Assembly: GCA_013239625.1 (NCBI GenBank)
Contig: MU053881.1
Coordinates: 7,835,957 to 7,899,956 of the forward strand
Direction: 5' to 3'
From: Lama guanicoe
Lineage: Eukaryota
DNA: 64,000 nucleotides
The first letter of the stretch is position 1, and each line of letters starts with the position of its first letter. Below the pieces are notes generated by a model. The model did no database searches, was not told the origin of the DNA, and saw only the letters and a program-made list of their open reading frames with translations. Below are positions 25,528-36,463 of this stretch, piece after piece. The position numbers and the translations under genes were made by a program.

Positions 25528-25784
25528 GCTAACCAATTGCAAGCATGCAATTTACAACCAGTAATCCCATGACAGACTTTCCTAAATTGTGCTATTTTAA
25601 TCTCTGCTTCTTTGTGTGTTCTTTAGCAATTAAATAACATAGTAGCGCACAATGAATGCTTCTAATGAGCCATCTAACCTCAATCTTAACAATTGTCAGT
25701 GGTCACATTGTTTGGAAGGCAGTCTCTTTGCTCCTGTGACCTGGCTGTGCCTCAGATGGGATGAACAGTGGTGCATCCTCAGTC

Positions 25785-26105
25785 ACTCTGCCCTTTCCCC
25801 AAGGTGACAGCTACCACACATTTAGTGGACCTTTCTGGTCTGTGTTTCCCAGTTTTTTTCCACCGTGTAACAGTATCTATAAACCAAATGTAGCTGCTTT
25901 TTGTATATTTTCAAACATTTTACATAAATAGCATCATACTGTGTACATTGTTCTGCAACTTACATTTTGTGTTCAGTGTTAGGCTGAACTCTAGTCATGG
26001 CGATACATCTTAATCTGGCTTATTTATTCTGTCTGCTTCATGGTGTTCCGTTTTCACATGCCATAATGCATTTATCCTGCCCCAATGTTTCGAGTTATTT
26101 CCAGT
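25785..26105 (-). mobile_element. L1ME-like 3' fragment
   Basis: ttttacataaatagcatcatactgtgtacattgttctgcaactt. Confidence 0.65.
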
Positions 26106-26199
26106 AGGATGAATGAGGCTTTGATACTGCTGTTAATAGCAACAGTGTATGGAAGTGGGATGCCATCTTGAACGCTCTTCATGTGGTCACTCATGTAAC

Positions 26200-26460
26200 A
26201 CATCTTTGTCAGGTAGCTGCTTTGTGCCAGGCGCTATTCTGGGCACCAAGGAATTAGCAGGTGCGAAGTCTCTCCCTCCCTTGTGATGCTTACTTCTGGT
26301 GATGCTTGCTACAAGTCTATCAGACAGGTGCTAGTATTCACATTTTACAGATGAGGAAACTGAAATTCTCTGTTTTAAGTGACTTATCCTGGTTCCCATA
26401 GAAAAGAGTATGGAGTTTTGAATCAAATCATCTCATTCCAATTCCAGAGCTATTTCTAAT
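26200..26460 (-). mobile_element. L2 fragment plus MIR fragment
   Basis: tgtgccaggcgctattctgggcac and cattttacagatgaggaaactgaa. Confidence 0.7.
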
Positions 26461-26554
26461 TTTATTGGAATTTCTGGTGAGACTGGTATCAGTGGGACTA
26501 ACAATTACCATTTCCTCATCCCACCCCTCTTTAGAGGCCTTGATTCTTTTAAAA

Positions 26555-26870
26555 ATAAGCTTTTATTTGGGAATAATTTTAGATTTACAGAAGTTTCAAA
26601 GACAGTACAGAGAACATCCATACACCTCATCCGGTTTCCCTCATTATTACCATATTACTATGGTGTGTTTCTCAAAACGAAGAAACGGACATTTGTTACT
26701 ATAAATTGAACTCCAGACTTTATTAGGATGTCACCAACGTTCCCATTAATGCCCTCTCTGTTCCAACATCCCATCCAGGGCGCCACACTGCATTAAGTTA
26801 TCATTGTCTCCCCAGTTGCCTCTGACATGGCAGCTTCTCGGTCTTTCCTAGTTTTTCATGACCTTGACAA
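26555..26870 (-). mobile_element. L1MC/MD-like 3' end
   Basis: ttttatttgggaataattttagatttacagaagtttcaaagacagtacagagaa...tttttcatgaccttgaca. Confidence 0.8.
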
Positions 26871-27569
26871 TCAGTGTACTGAGACCTTGATTTAGCGTCG
26901 TTTACCACAGGGGTCCAAATGAGGCAGTATCAAGAATTTAGAGATCCGTAACCAACTCAGCTGACAGTTAGGGTTTGGTGCCTCCTGGCAGTGAAGGGAG
27001 GTTGCCGTTTCAGCACACCAGAAAGGGGCATCTTTTCGACACTGCTGCCTCAGTGCTGCCCTGGCGCAGGGACACAGGGAGACAGTGGGCTGACACGTTG
27101 TCCTGAGGCTGGAAGTATGGCAGCTGGTAGGTTTCTGTGACCAAGCAGCTTACTGAGGAATTATAACCTCGTGCCCACCGATGTCCAGTTCCAAGTGTCT
27201 TGTAACCACAGCGTGATGCTGCTCCATTGCCCTCAGGGCTGCCTTTCTCCATGAACGTCTGTGTCTCTCAAAAGTCATTCCTTACTTCTGATTTCTCCCA
27301 GTAAAAGCCCTTCTTCAGTGACAAAGGGATGAGTGTGGGCTTCCATTGCCTGGCTTCTGTGATGTGGTCACAAGAGAGAATTTAATAATTACGTTTGTCG
27401 GACCCACTGTGCATGTTGGCTAGCAATGTGGCAATATCAGAGAACTCTTTGAAGCAATATCCAAATTGTCGGTTTAAAGAGTTACTAGGCTTTAGGATGG
27501 AAGAGCCCAGAAAGGGTCACTTCTTAGAGCCAACTGTTCACTTAGAAGATCAACGTTTTGGGGATGCTT

Positions 27570-28105
27570 TATGTTTTAAATTTAAATTTTGATTTACATT
27601 TGTATTTATTTATATTTAAAATTTATTTTATTTGAAATATATTTTAAATATATATAGTTATGTTTACTTTCATCCCCATTATAAAATAAATGATAAATGC
27701 CCACTGTAAAAATTATAGAAATTTTTCAGAAAGTAGCACCTAAATATAGTTGTTCATGCTCCACTTCCCAATGACAGTGACTGTTAAGATTTTGCCTCTT
27801 TCTATATAGTTACACTTTTGTCCTCAGAACATGTTATATACTTTGCGAAATATTTACACAATGCTGTCATAAGCATTCTACCTGTTACTTTTAAGTAGCT
27901 ATCAGATAAGATAATAATATCTTATTTAAATAATCTTTATTTCACTTAATCACTCTGATAATATTTGGTTAATTTTCATGCTGAGAGAAGTATTTGTTAA
28001 AGTAGAACTTTCCTCTCCTTGTCTATTAAATTATTTCTGTAAAATAGAATCCTGAAAGTGGGGTTACTGGGTTATTTTAAACATTTTTAAGGTTTTTGAT
28101 ACGTT
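27570..28105 (-). mobile_element. Very AT-rich, decayed L1ME-type 3' remnant
   Basis: tagaatcctgaaagtggggttactggg...catttttaaggtttttgatac. Confidence 0.55.
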
Positions 28106-28249
28106 TTGGGGTAGGAGGACCCCTTTTTATGAGGACTCTATGGAAACCATGTAATAACACTAAATGTCCTAACTTTGTCCTATGTCACTGCTTCTCCTTG
28201 GATGTAAAGAAACCTTGACTTAGCCAGAACAGCTCAAGTTCTGACTGAC

Positions 28250-28372
28250 TAATTCATTCGTTCATTGATTCACTCATTCGCTCACTTAATCATAAGTCTC
28301 AATATGAGACACTCTACCAGATGCTGAGGATAAGGTGCTCAGCAAAGCTAGAGCCCCTGCTCTCATGTCCAG
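28250..28372 (-). mobile_element. L2 3' tail
   Basis: attcattcgttcattgattcactcattc...ccctgctctcatg. Confidence 0.7.
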
Positions 28373-31300
28373 AATAGCATTTGGCTCAGGAAGACCCTGA
28401 TTTGGCTGAGAAAAGATTTAGACCCTTTGGAAAGCATCTCTCACCAGAGGCTTGGTGGTTTAATGCCCACTACGTCCGGTTTTTTTTTTCTCACTGTGCT
28501 CTTCTGATCCTACAGAAAGATGGCCACTCCACTTTCCATTTGAGAGATACTTGTTTTGAGTCCAGGAGACCAAAAAAAGCATTTGCTCGGTGCACAGGCA
28601 AGCCATTTTGGCTAGAAGGCTGATAGTCACGGACCTTTCGGCTGCTGCCCCCTTTCAATAATTGAAACGCACTCACATGCCTGGTAACAATGGGAAACAT
28701 AGTCTGGAGGGTTTCTCCGGTGATTTTAAGGGCAGTGCTTGTCTTACTGTTCTCCGCATTGGAAAGTAAAGTCCCTGATTTTATGACTCTGCCTGTCAGA
28801 TTCTCCTCGTTGGTCCTCTTAACCATGCGTGGGGTTTTCATTTGGCTTTTGCCTTCTTGTGATGAAGACTGGGTCTGAGAGGCACCGTCTTTAAATGGCT
28901 TCCTGATAGGATCGGAGGAACAAATGTCTGCCGCTTAGCAGCCAGTGACTGAGGTCAACCGGAGAAACTCTCAGGCTGGCTCTGATGATGAAGCCGTGGT
29001 CAGCCGTCTGGGGAACGTTTTGTCTAAATCACTTGAATCACTGAAGTCAGTGCAGACTTTTCATTGTAATTATGTGGATCATGAAGTCCTGATGACTCCC
29101 AGTGGATCTCAGCAAAGAGTGACTAATGGATCATGGGGTCATTTGGTTAAGTTGGGGAGAAAAATCTGGGCAGCCAAGGGCGAGCCTCGAGGCATTCCCC
29201 ATCCGTGGCCAGCCTCCAGGAAACGCTGTTTCCTTCTGTCACCCGAAGACCCTGACCCATCAGGGCCTCCCTCCCCAGCCTCATTAGAGGAGAGCCCCAG
29301 ACACACTGGCAGGTTCGCGCGTCTCCAGCTTTGCCCCTTGCCCCCCCGGCGCCTCGAGTGGTTGATATCACCCTGTCAGGAGAACAGAGTCTGTCCGTGA
29401 GCAGAGCTGCGGTGGAGAGCTTGCGAAGGGCAGTGCTCTGTGTGAACCGTGATGTCACTTGTGGGGGTCAGCCTGGCCCAGACTCTGCTCATCATGATGT
29501 CACCGCTACAGTCCCTTGGCTCTGAGTCTCAGTTGTTCCTCTCATGTTAACTTGTATTTGTTCATTGGTAATAGGAGAGGAAAGAGGCTCTGAAGATCGT
29601 TCAGCATTTTACCTTTAGCAACATCGTGGTGTTCTCTAGACGAGGTCTTGCATATCTATGTCTACCTCCCTTTCTCTGTTTCTCTGCCTCCACCTTCCTC
29701 TTCTTGTGCCCTTCCCCGACTCTCCTCTCTCTCTCTTATCTATACACACTTGCTTTTTAATTTTTCAGAGCACCTGTCACTTCTAAATCTAAATAGGATG
29801 TCCAAGGTGGATGATTTTTAAAACAAAAATTTATCCCAGGATCTCACATGAGAAAATAGTCCCATAAGATGTTTTGAGGTCAAACGGTGTGCCCTTGGAG
29901 CACTGGAATCTAGCCTGGTCTCTGGTACCGATCTCCCCCTGATAAATGTAGTGTCTCCTGCTGTAATTTCCCTCCGTGGGTCCCCGTGCAAGCATGTTGT
30001 CGGGTGATGAGCACAGAAGCAAGGTGACCAGAATGAAGTCCCTGTGGGGTGTGAACCCTGGGCCCCCAGCCTGGCTAGAAGCCCGTTTCATCTCCTAGCA
30101 AGCTGGCCGCATCTCTACCTGAGGAAAGATAGAGAACTTTGCTCAGGAAATGTGAACCCTCTTCTCAGGCCTTGTTCCTCTCAAGCTGATGGACAGGTAT
30201 GGAAGGAATGCTTTTGTTGGCAGGAATTCGATGGTGCCCAGGCACAAATGGAAGTCACCTTCTTATCCGTCCTCTCTCTGCTTTGGGGAAGAAGCCATGG
30301 TGGAGGAGGATGCTCTGCAGGGAGAGGGGTGCAGAGCAAGCTGTCTCAGTTTCAGCCAGCTGCCACTTGGCAACGGATTCCGACAACGCCCTCCGGCTCA
30401 GTGAGTGTGTGGACGCCGGGAATGTGCCTGGTGGTGAAGGTGGAGTGACCAGTGGGAAAGTAAACCTTCAGTGCAGGTCAGGAACAAGCTGCAGGGACTC
30501 CCAAACAAGGGCGTTCCCCACCCTGTGCTGTTAGACACAGCTCCTTCCTAACTGTGACACTTAGTGTCCCCTTTGCCTCTGTTTCTAGCCAGAAGGCTTT
30601 TCGTGGCAAGTAGGTGGCTAAGACAGGAATTGAGACCTAGTTAACCTGAAGTTCCACCAACAGAATTGGCCAAATGCATTATATTGAAGAGAAGGCTGCA
30701 CTACTGTTGCAAGTGGTGCTGGGGATATATCTTAGCTCCCGTGCAAAGATGGGCAGGACATGACAGGCAAAAAGCAAAGGCTGTAAACAGTATGCACAGT
30801 ACATTTCCCTGTTGGCATGCGTGTGTGTGTGTGCGCGTGTGCATGTGCATTTCAAAAATGAGAGTGGAAAGGAATACACCAAAGATTTGAATAATCATCG
30901 TTTCTCAAGGTGATGTTACTGGTGATTATTTTTCCTTTTGAGGATTTCTTTGTTTTCCAAACTTTTTTCTTTTCTCTGATGACTTACAATCACTCCAGTT
31001 CTAGCAATTTCTACCTAGGTTCATATTCCATATTTACATCTGCTTTTCTCTAGGGTTGCTCTGTCCAGTGGGATAGGTTGTGCACTGCACACATTTAGAC
31101 ACGGGTGAGTGGGGTCTGAAATCTGTCTCTTGATCTACTTGCAAAATCATCCCTGGGTTGTGTCTTCCCATAGGAAGGGAAGCCTTTTTCTAATTTAACT
31201 GCCCAGAGAGAGATGCCTTTTTCTAATTCATGCAGTGACAGTGGACTTTCCTTTAGCAAATCTGCTTCTCTGTATGTGTGTGTACGTGTGTTGTGTGCAT

Positions 31301-33289
31301 TGCTAACCATTTTAGCCATCTTCTATAACCACCGTATCGTATGATAAAAGGAAATTATTTCCCAGTCTAATTGTCGCAGGATTCTTTCTACTCAGGTTCA
31401 GATTTTAGAAATGGCTTTCTCTGCGGGTGAGTGTTCAAGGGTTTTTCAGAAGGACCAGTTTCTTTGGGCCTGGCTACTATCCTTTTATGTGCTTAAATTC
31501 ATGTTTCCCAGGGGTGAGAATGGATTGAGGGAGGAACGAGAATATCTGACTTTGAAATGTCAGTAATAGACACTGAGCAATCAAAGACCCAAGTAACCCC
31601 TGGATGCCAGTAGGTTGCAGGCAGCCTTCGTTGTTCCAGGAGGTGATGATGGCGTCACCAGTGGCCTAAGATGAAGGGACACCATGACCATGTGGCTGTG
31701 CTCTGGGGTGGAAGATGGTCAAATTCTTTCATCCTCTTTTCAGTCTGCATCTCTTCATATGGTCTCACCTTTGTTAATTTGGGGATACCGGGGTAGCGTA
31801 ACAGTGAGAGCACACAGTAGCATGAGAGATCCAATAGGCGTGAAATAATGGAACTGAACAGCTCCCAGCGTTCTTTCCTCAAGTCAGAGAAAAGCCGTGA
31901 TGAGCCAGGGGGACGCTGGGCACCAGAGCCCAAGCCTTTGATGATGCACGTGCAAAAGGCAGGCACGTTCCAAAAACAGCTTTCCTGACCCCAGAGATGG
32001 GGGCGGCCTTGTTTGAATTTCAGGGTTGGAATAATGACAGTTTTGTGAACAACCAGTTATTCCGGGGTTCTCCTCTTGAGAGTGTGGTCTGAGGCCTTGG
32101 CTTGTGTAGGCTAAGTGTGTAATAACATCTGATTGTGCGCCCAGTGATCCGGTGACAGCCTTCACTTTGAGTTCTGTTTCAGAACAGCCTCCTATCTGGA
32201 AGCACCTAAACACAGGCCCGGGTGAGGCAGAATTTAGAAGCAGCATTATCTGCAGCGCAGCCTGGGGCCAAGCTGGTCAGCTCCCCACTCTCAGCTCAGT
32301 GAAAAGCGACAAGAAGTGTCGCCCTCCACTTTTGGGGGATGGTAAAAGGGGCAGCCATCTGGTAAGCAGAGGGAGTGTCCCCGTGCAGCTTATGAGCAGC
32401 CCTAAAATTCCCTAGGAAGTCGGTAGCATTGAAGTGTCAGGTGGTGACTTGCGGGAGAGGAAAACGTACTGAACTAGGAATCATAGCAACTCCCGGATGA
32501 TCTTGGGTACATCACTGTCCTCGATAGTACCGTCTGTAGTTTGTCACCAGGGGCTCTTCCTGCTGTAAAGCCCCATGGCTTGTGAACAGAACCACTCGCT
32601 AAGGATGCCTTAAAGAAAAATTCCAAGGAAAAGCTTTCAAACCAGAAAGAAGTGTAGATTGTTTTTCCCTCCCTCTCTCTCTCTCTCTGCAGAACACATG
32701 TCTGTAATATTTACAGAAGTGAGGTTTTTTTTTTAAATGTTAATGATGAGATTGTGTTTGCCTCTTAGAAGAACCTCTAAAGGTAAATACAGAGCAGCGA
32801 GGAATATGGAGATGGATGATCTCGTAGACAACGGCGGACCGTGAAAGCCAAGCCCTTTTGGTTCTGGAACGTTGAGCACGGGCAGGACCGTGTGGACAGA
32901 CCTAGTGGCAGCCAGTGGCTGGGGCAGCCGGGCCACCGGGGGTCACAGGAGGGTCTCCCTGTGGGTGAGTCGTGTTGGAGGCACAGACAACAGACTCACG
33001 TCCCCGGGGGTGGAGGTTGGGGGGCGTTTTTTGCATCGCTGTGGGTGGTGAGTCTAAAGTTCTACAGCGTGAGCTGCCTTAGAACCTGGATTTGGTCTTG
33101 CTCTCCACTGAGCGAAACCAAGCAGAGATTCAGTCAGTTTCCACGGTCATCGGAAAAGTGTAAATTTCCGCATTCTAGGGTCAAATCGGAGCCACCGGGG
33201 TTAAGAGAGAAGGCTCTGGTCCCCGGCTCCTGGGGTCTCTCGTAGGGGTGGGGTGGGTCACGAGGGTGGCCGTGCTGAAGAGTCTTCCA

Positions 33290-33455
33290 GAACATAGACT
33301 GTGGAGTTGGACAGATCTGGGTTGCAGTCCTGGCTCTACCACTTAGTAGCTGTGTAAATTGGGACGGGTTAACACGTCTCTAACTTTAGCTGCCTTATTG
33401 CAATATGGGGGCGGGGAAGGATACAGTATGCTCCATATAGTGAGTAGTAATGAGA
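33290..33455 (+). mobile_element. MIR SINE
   Basis: gacagatctgggttgcagtcctggctctaccacttagtagctgtgt. Confidence 0.8.
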
Positions 33456-33727
33456 AGTAAGAGATACCACCATAAATTCCCAAGAAATGGATGTGAGGGC
33501 TACAAGAGAAGATCCCGTATCTGTCCTGAGACCAACACACTGGGATCTGACCCAGCAGCACTAAAACAGGGAGAAGGGGACTAGCTGGATACTGGGATGT
33601 GGGTGGTAAGTCAGAGGCTGGAAAACCGAGACTGTGGTGGTTAAAAGCCAGGGGGAAGCTAAGCACAAATGGATGCAGCTATGGGGTGGGCACAGAGCAA
33701 GTGTGTGTGCAAGGTGGGGAACGTCTT

Positions 33728-33965
33728 GGATCACGTTTCTTACTGCTACTGTAACAAATTACAATAAACGTCGTGGCATAAAGCAACACAGATTTATCAC
33801 CTTACAGTTCTGGAGGTCAGTAGTCTCCAATGGATTTCCCTGGGGTGAAACCAAGATACTGTTAGAGCCACATTCTGGAGGCTGTAGGGGAGAATCCATT
33901 CCCTTGCCTTTTCTGGATTCTAGGGGCTGCCTGCATCCTTTGGCTCATGGCGCCTTCTTCCATGG
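33728..33965 (-). mobile_element. MLT1C/D-type MaLR LTR (partial)
   Basis: ctgtaacaaattac...aagcaacacagatttatcaccttacagttctggaggtcag...taggggagaatccattcccttgcc. Confidence 0.85.
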
Positions 33966-35304
33966 GGCAACAGGATAACATTTAAATATTACGCTGTGTT
34001 TCTGTTGTCACATTGCCCTCTCTCTCCTCCTAGGCAGGGGTGGAGCTCCGGTGGGTGGCACTTCCCTCCCAGAGAATTTCTCCAAGTCGTGTGTTCCCAG
34101 AGCAACTATATGAGGAAGACGGACAAGGCTAGAAAATTATGTCCCTGTTGCTTCTCCGTCTCATGTCTTACACCATCACTCCCAGACTGAACACTCTGTC
34201 TTTACATCTGGGATCAGTCACGTTTCTTGAAAGATCAAATTAAGTCTAATTTTAAATGGGAAGGAAGGTAAGAGTCTCTTTACCTTCCTACTGAAGAAGA
34301 TATCCTTCTTGGTTCTATTCTGTGCCTGCACGTGGAGTAGGGTTTTAAGAAGCCAGATCCAAGGCTGGATGTGGAAGCCAGTGAGTGGTGCAGCGATGAA
34401 GAGCTTTGTGATGAAAAGGAATTGTATTGGCCTCCCATCAGTGAACTGATTTCTTTCTTTCTTTCTTTAAATAGCATGACAAACAAATGTTGTAATAAGG
34501 TTGTCTTTGGTGTGGTTTCGTGAACTGATGTAATTAAGAGCCATTTGAACTTGGCAGTGCTGCAAGAAAACCATCCAAATCACACCAAACAGAGAAAGCA
34601 CTTAATTAGCAACTTAGGTGAGCGCCCACTCTTGAGCAAGTGGATGTTAAGATTGGAGGAAAGACGGGAGACCCACAGAGGCAGCACACCAAGGCTGGGT
34701 GGTCAGCCAGAGACACATCCCCCCACCCCTTTCCTGCTACCCGTGCATGAGTATTTACCTACCAGCTGTATCCCTGAAATGGGATGTGATTGGCTCTGAC
34801 TGCTGCTGCCGCCCACCTGTTGGCGGGAACGTCAGTGTCCAGGAAAAATGATTGTGTCTTTGGTTCCCTCCAGTTCTCACAAAACAAACATCACCTGGCA
34901 ATTCCTTCTAGATTGATTAGTCACACATTTCATTCCCGTGGGTCCTTCCTGCCAGGTTAATCATTGTTCTAAACAGTGGCAGCATTAATCAGCGTGATAA
35001 CAGTTTCTAGTCATTAACAGCGTAATCAGGTTTTATGCCAACTGGAGGTCCTTTAATCAAACCGTCATGAAGATCGGAAAATCATCCCATGGTGGACACT
35101 GGTTCCTAAGAGAGCCATATGTGCTCAGAGGGAAAACATCCCTGTGTGAGCTTTACTTTGGATCATTTCCAGGGGTCATCTGCAAGGCAAGGGTGAGGGA
35201 AGGCCGTTCTGGTGGAATTCAGGACCTTTGCCCTGAGTCCGCCAGTGTCTCTGACCTCCATGTGTATTGACTTTGATGCTTTTAATAGCTGCACGGGCAG
35301 TCCA

Positions 35305-35471
35305 AGTATTGTGGCTTTGGATCTAGACAGAACTTGGGTTCAAATATGAGCTTCAGTACTGACTGGTCATGGGAACTTGGGAAAATTTTTCACAGGGGAA
35401 TAAATATAATAATCTCTGTAGAATAGTTTAACATGGTGCCCGGTACACAGTAAGTGCTCATAAATGGTAGT
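35305..35471 (+). mobile_element. MIR SINE with an internal deletion
   Basis: ggctttggatctagacagaacttgggttcaaat...gtgcccggtacacagtaagtgctcataaatg. Confidence 0.8.
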
Positions 35472-35475
35472 TTAG

Positions 35476-36178
35476 AAACTGAGACCACTGATTCCCTGAT
35501 AGGCAGGGTCAACGCCCCTACTCAGCCCGGAAGTCGTTTTGGAAGACAGACCATCGCCCCTCTGCATCCCCCATAAGATTATAGGAGTAAAATCTCTGAG
35601 GGGGGAATCAGGTGGGAAGGGGGCAGGGCACAGCCATTCAAGGAATGATGTCACAATTAACACCAAAATGTCAGAAGATTCAACTCCTAGTAGACCTTGA
35701 GGCTCAAGATGGCGGGAGATTGGACTTCTAGTAGACCTTGAGCTTCGTTGTATGTTCATTGTGATATCAGCATGGTAAATGACACTCCTGCAGGCGCCAT
35801 GACAGTTCCAAGGCGAACCACAAAAGGTCATAGTGGGCGGTGGCCCAGTTCCTGGGAATCCCAGCCCCTTCCCCAGGGTAGTTGGAATAGTCCTCCCACT
35901 CGTTAGCATATGAAGCTACTACGCCCATAAAAGCTGGCAACACCAGGCCTCGTGGCCACCTCTCTCGCTCCCTCGTCTTCAGAGACAGCCCGCACTCTGT
36001 CTATGGACTGTGTATCTGCTTTTACTTTAACCTGAGCACCCAACCCCCACACCTCGTGGCCTTTTTCTTGCCTTCTAAAACAGCCTACACTCTATATAGT
36101 ACGTATTTCTCTAAATAAATCTACCTTTACTCAAAAAAAAACCCAAAACAACAACCAAAAAAAACCCAAAACTGAGAC
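35476..36178 (+). mobile_element. Processed (L1-retroposed) class I ERV 3' fragment: post-env tail, PPT, U3-R, poly(A), TSD
   Basis: PPT GAGGGGGGAA 35598-35607; TATA-like CATAAAA 35926-35932; AATAAA 36114-36119; A-rich tail from 36133; TSD AAACTGAGAC at 35476-35485 and 36169-36178. Confidence 0.85.
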
Positions 36179-36192
36179 TAGTGAAATTGTTT

Positions 36193-36463
36193 AAAAATTC
36201 ATAAGATACAAACTGCTATATATAAAATAGATAAATCACAGGGTCCTACTGTATTGCATAGGAAACTATGTTCAATATTTCGTAAAAAGAAAATATGTAC
36301 ATTTAAATATATATATCTGTGTGTGTGTATATGTATTATATATATAAATATATATAATATATATATATGTAAAACTGAATCACTTTGCTGTACACCAGAA
36401 ACTCACACAACACTGTAAATCAACTATACTTAAATGAAAAAATGGAAATAAAAAAAAATTCAT
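36193..36463 (+). mobile_element. 5'-truncated cetartiodactyl-type L1 3' end with TSD
   Basis: aactgaatcactttgctgtacaccagaaact...ctgtaaatcaactatactt followed by an A tail; TSD AAAAATTCAT at 36193-36202 and 36454-36463; TT/AAAA site. Confidence 0.9.

Noticed and set aside
27009..27029. REST/RE1-like TTCAGCAC...
   Set aside because: The right half-site is too degenerate.
35472..35909. 145-aa minus-strand ORF
   Set aside because: Antisense to the LTR U3 with no retroviral protein motifs.
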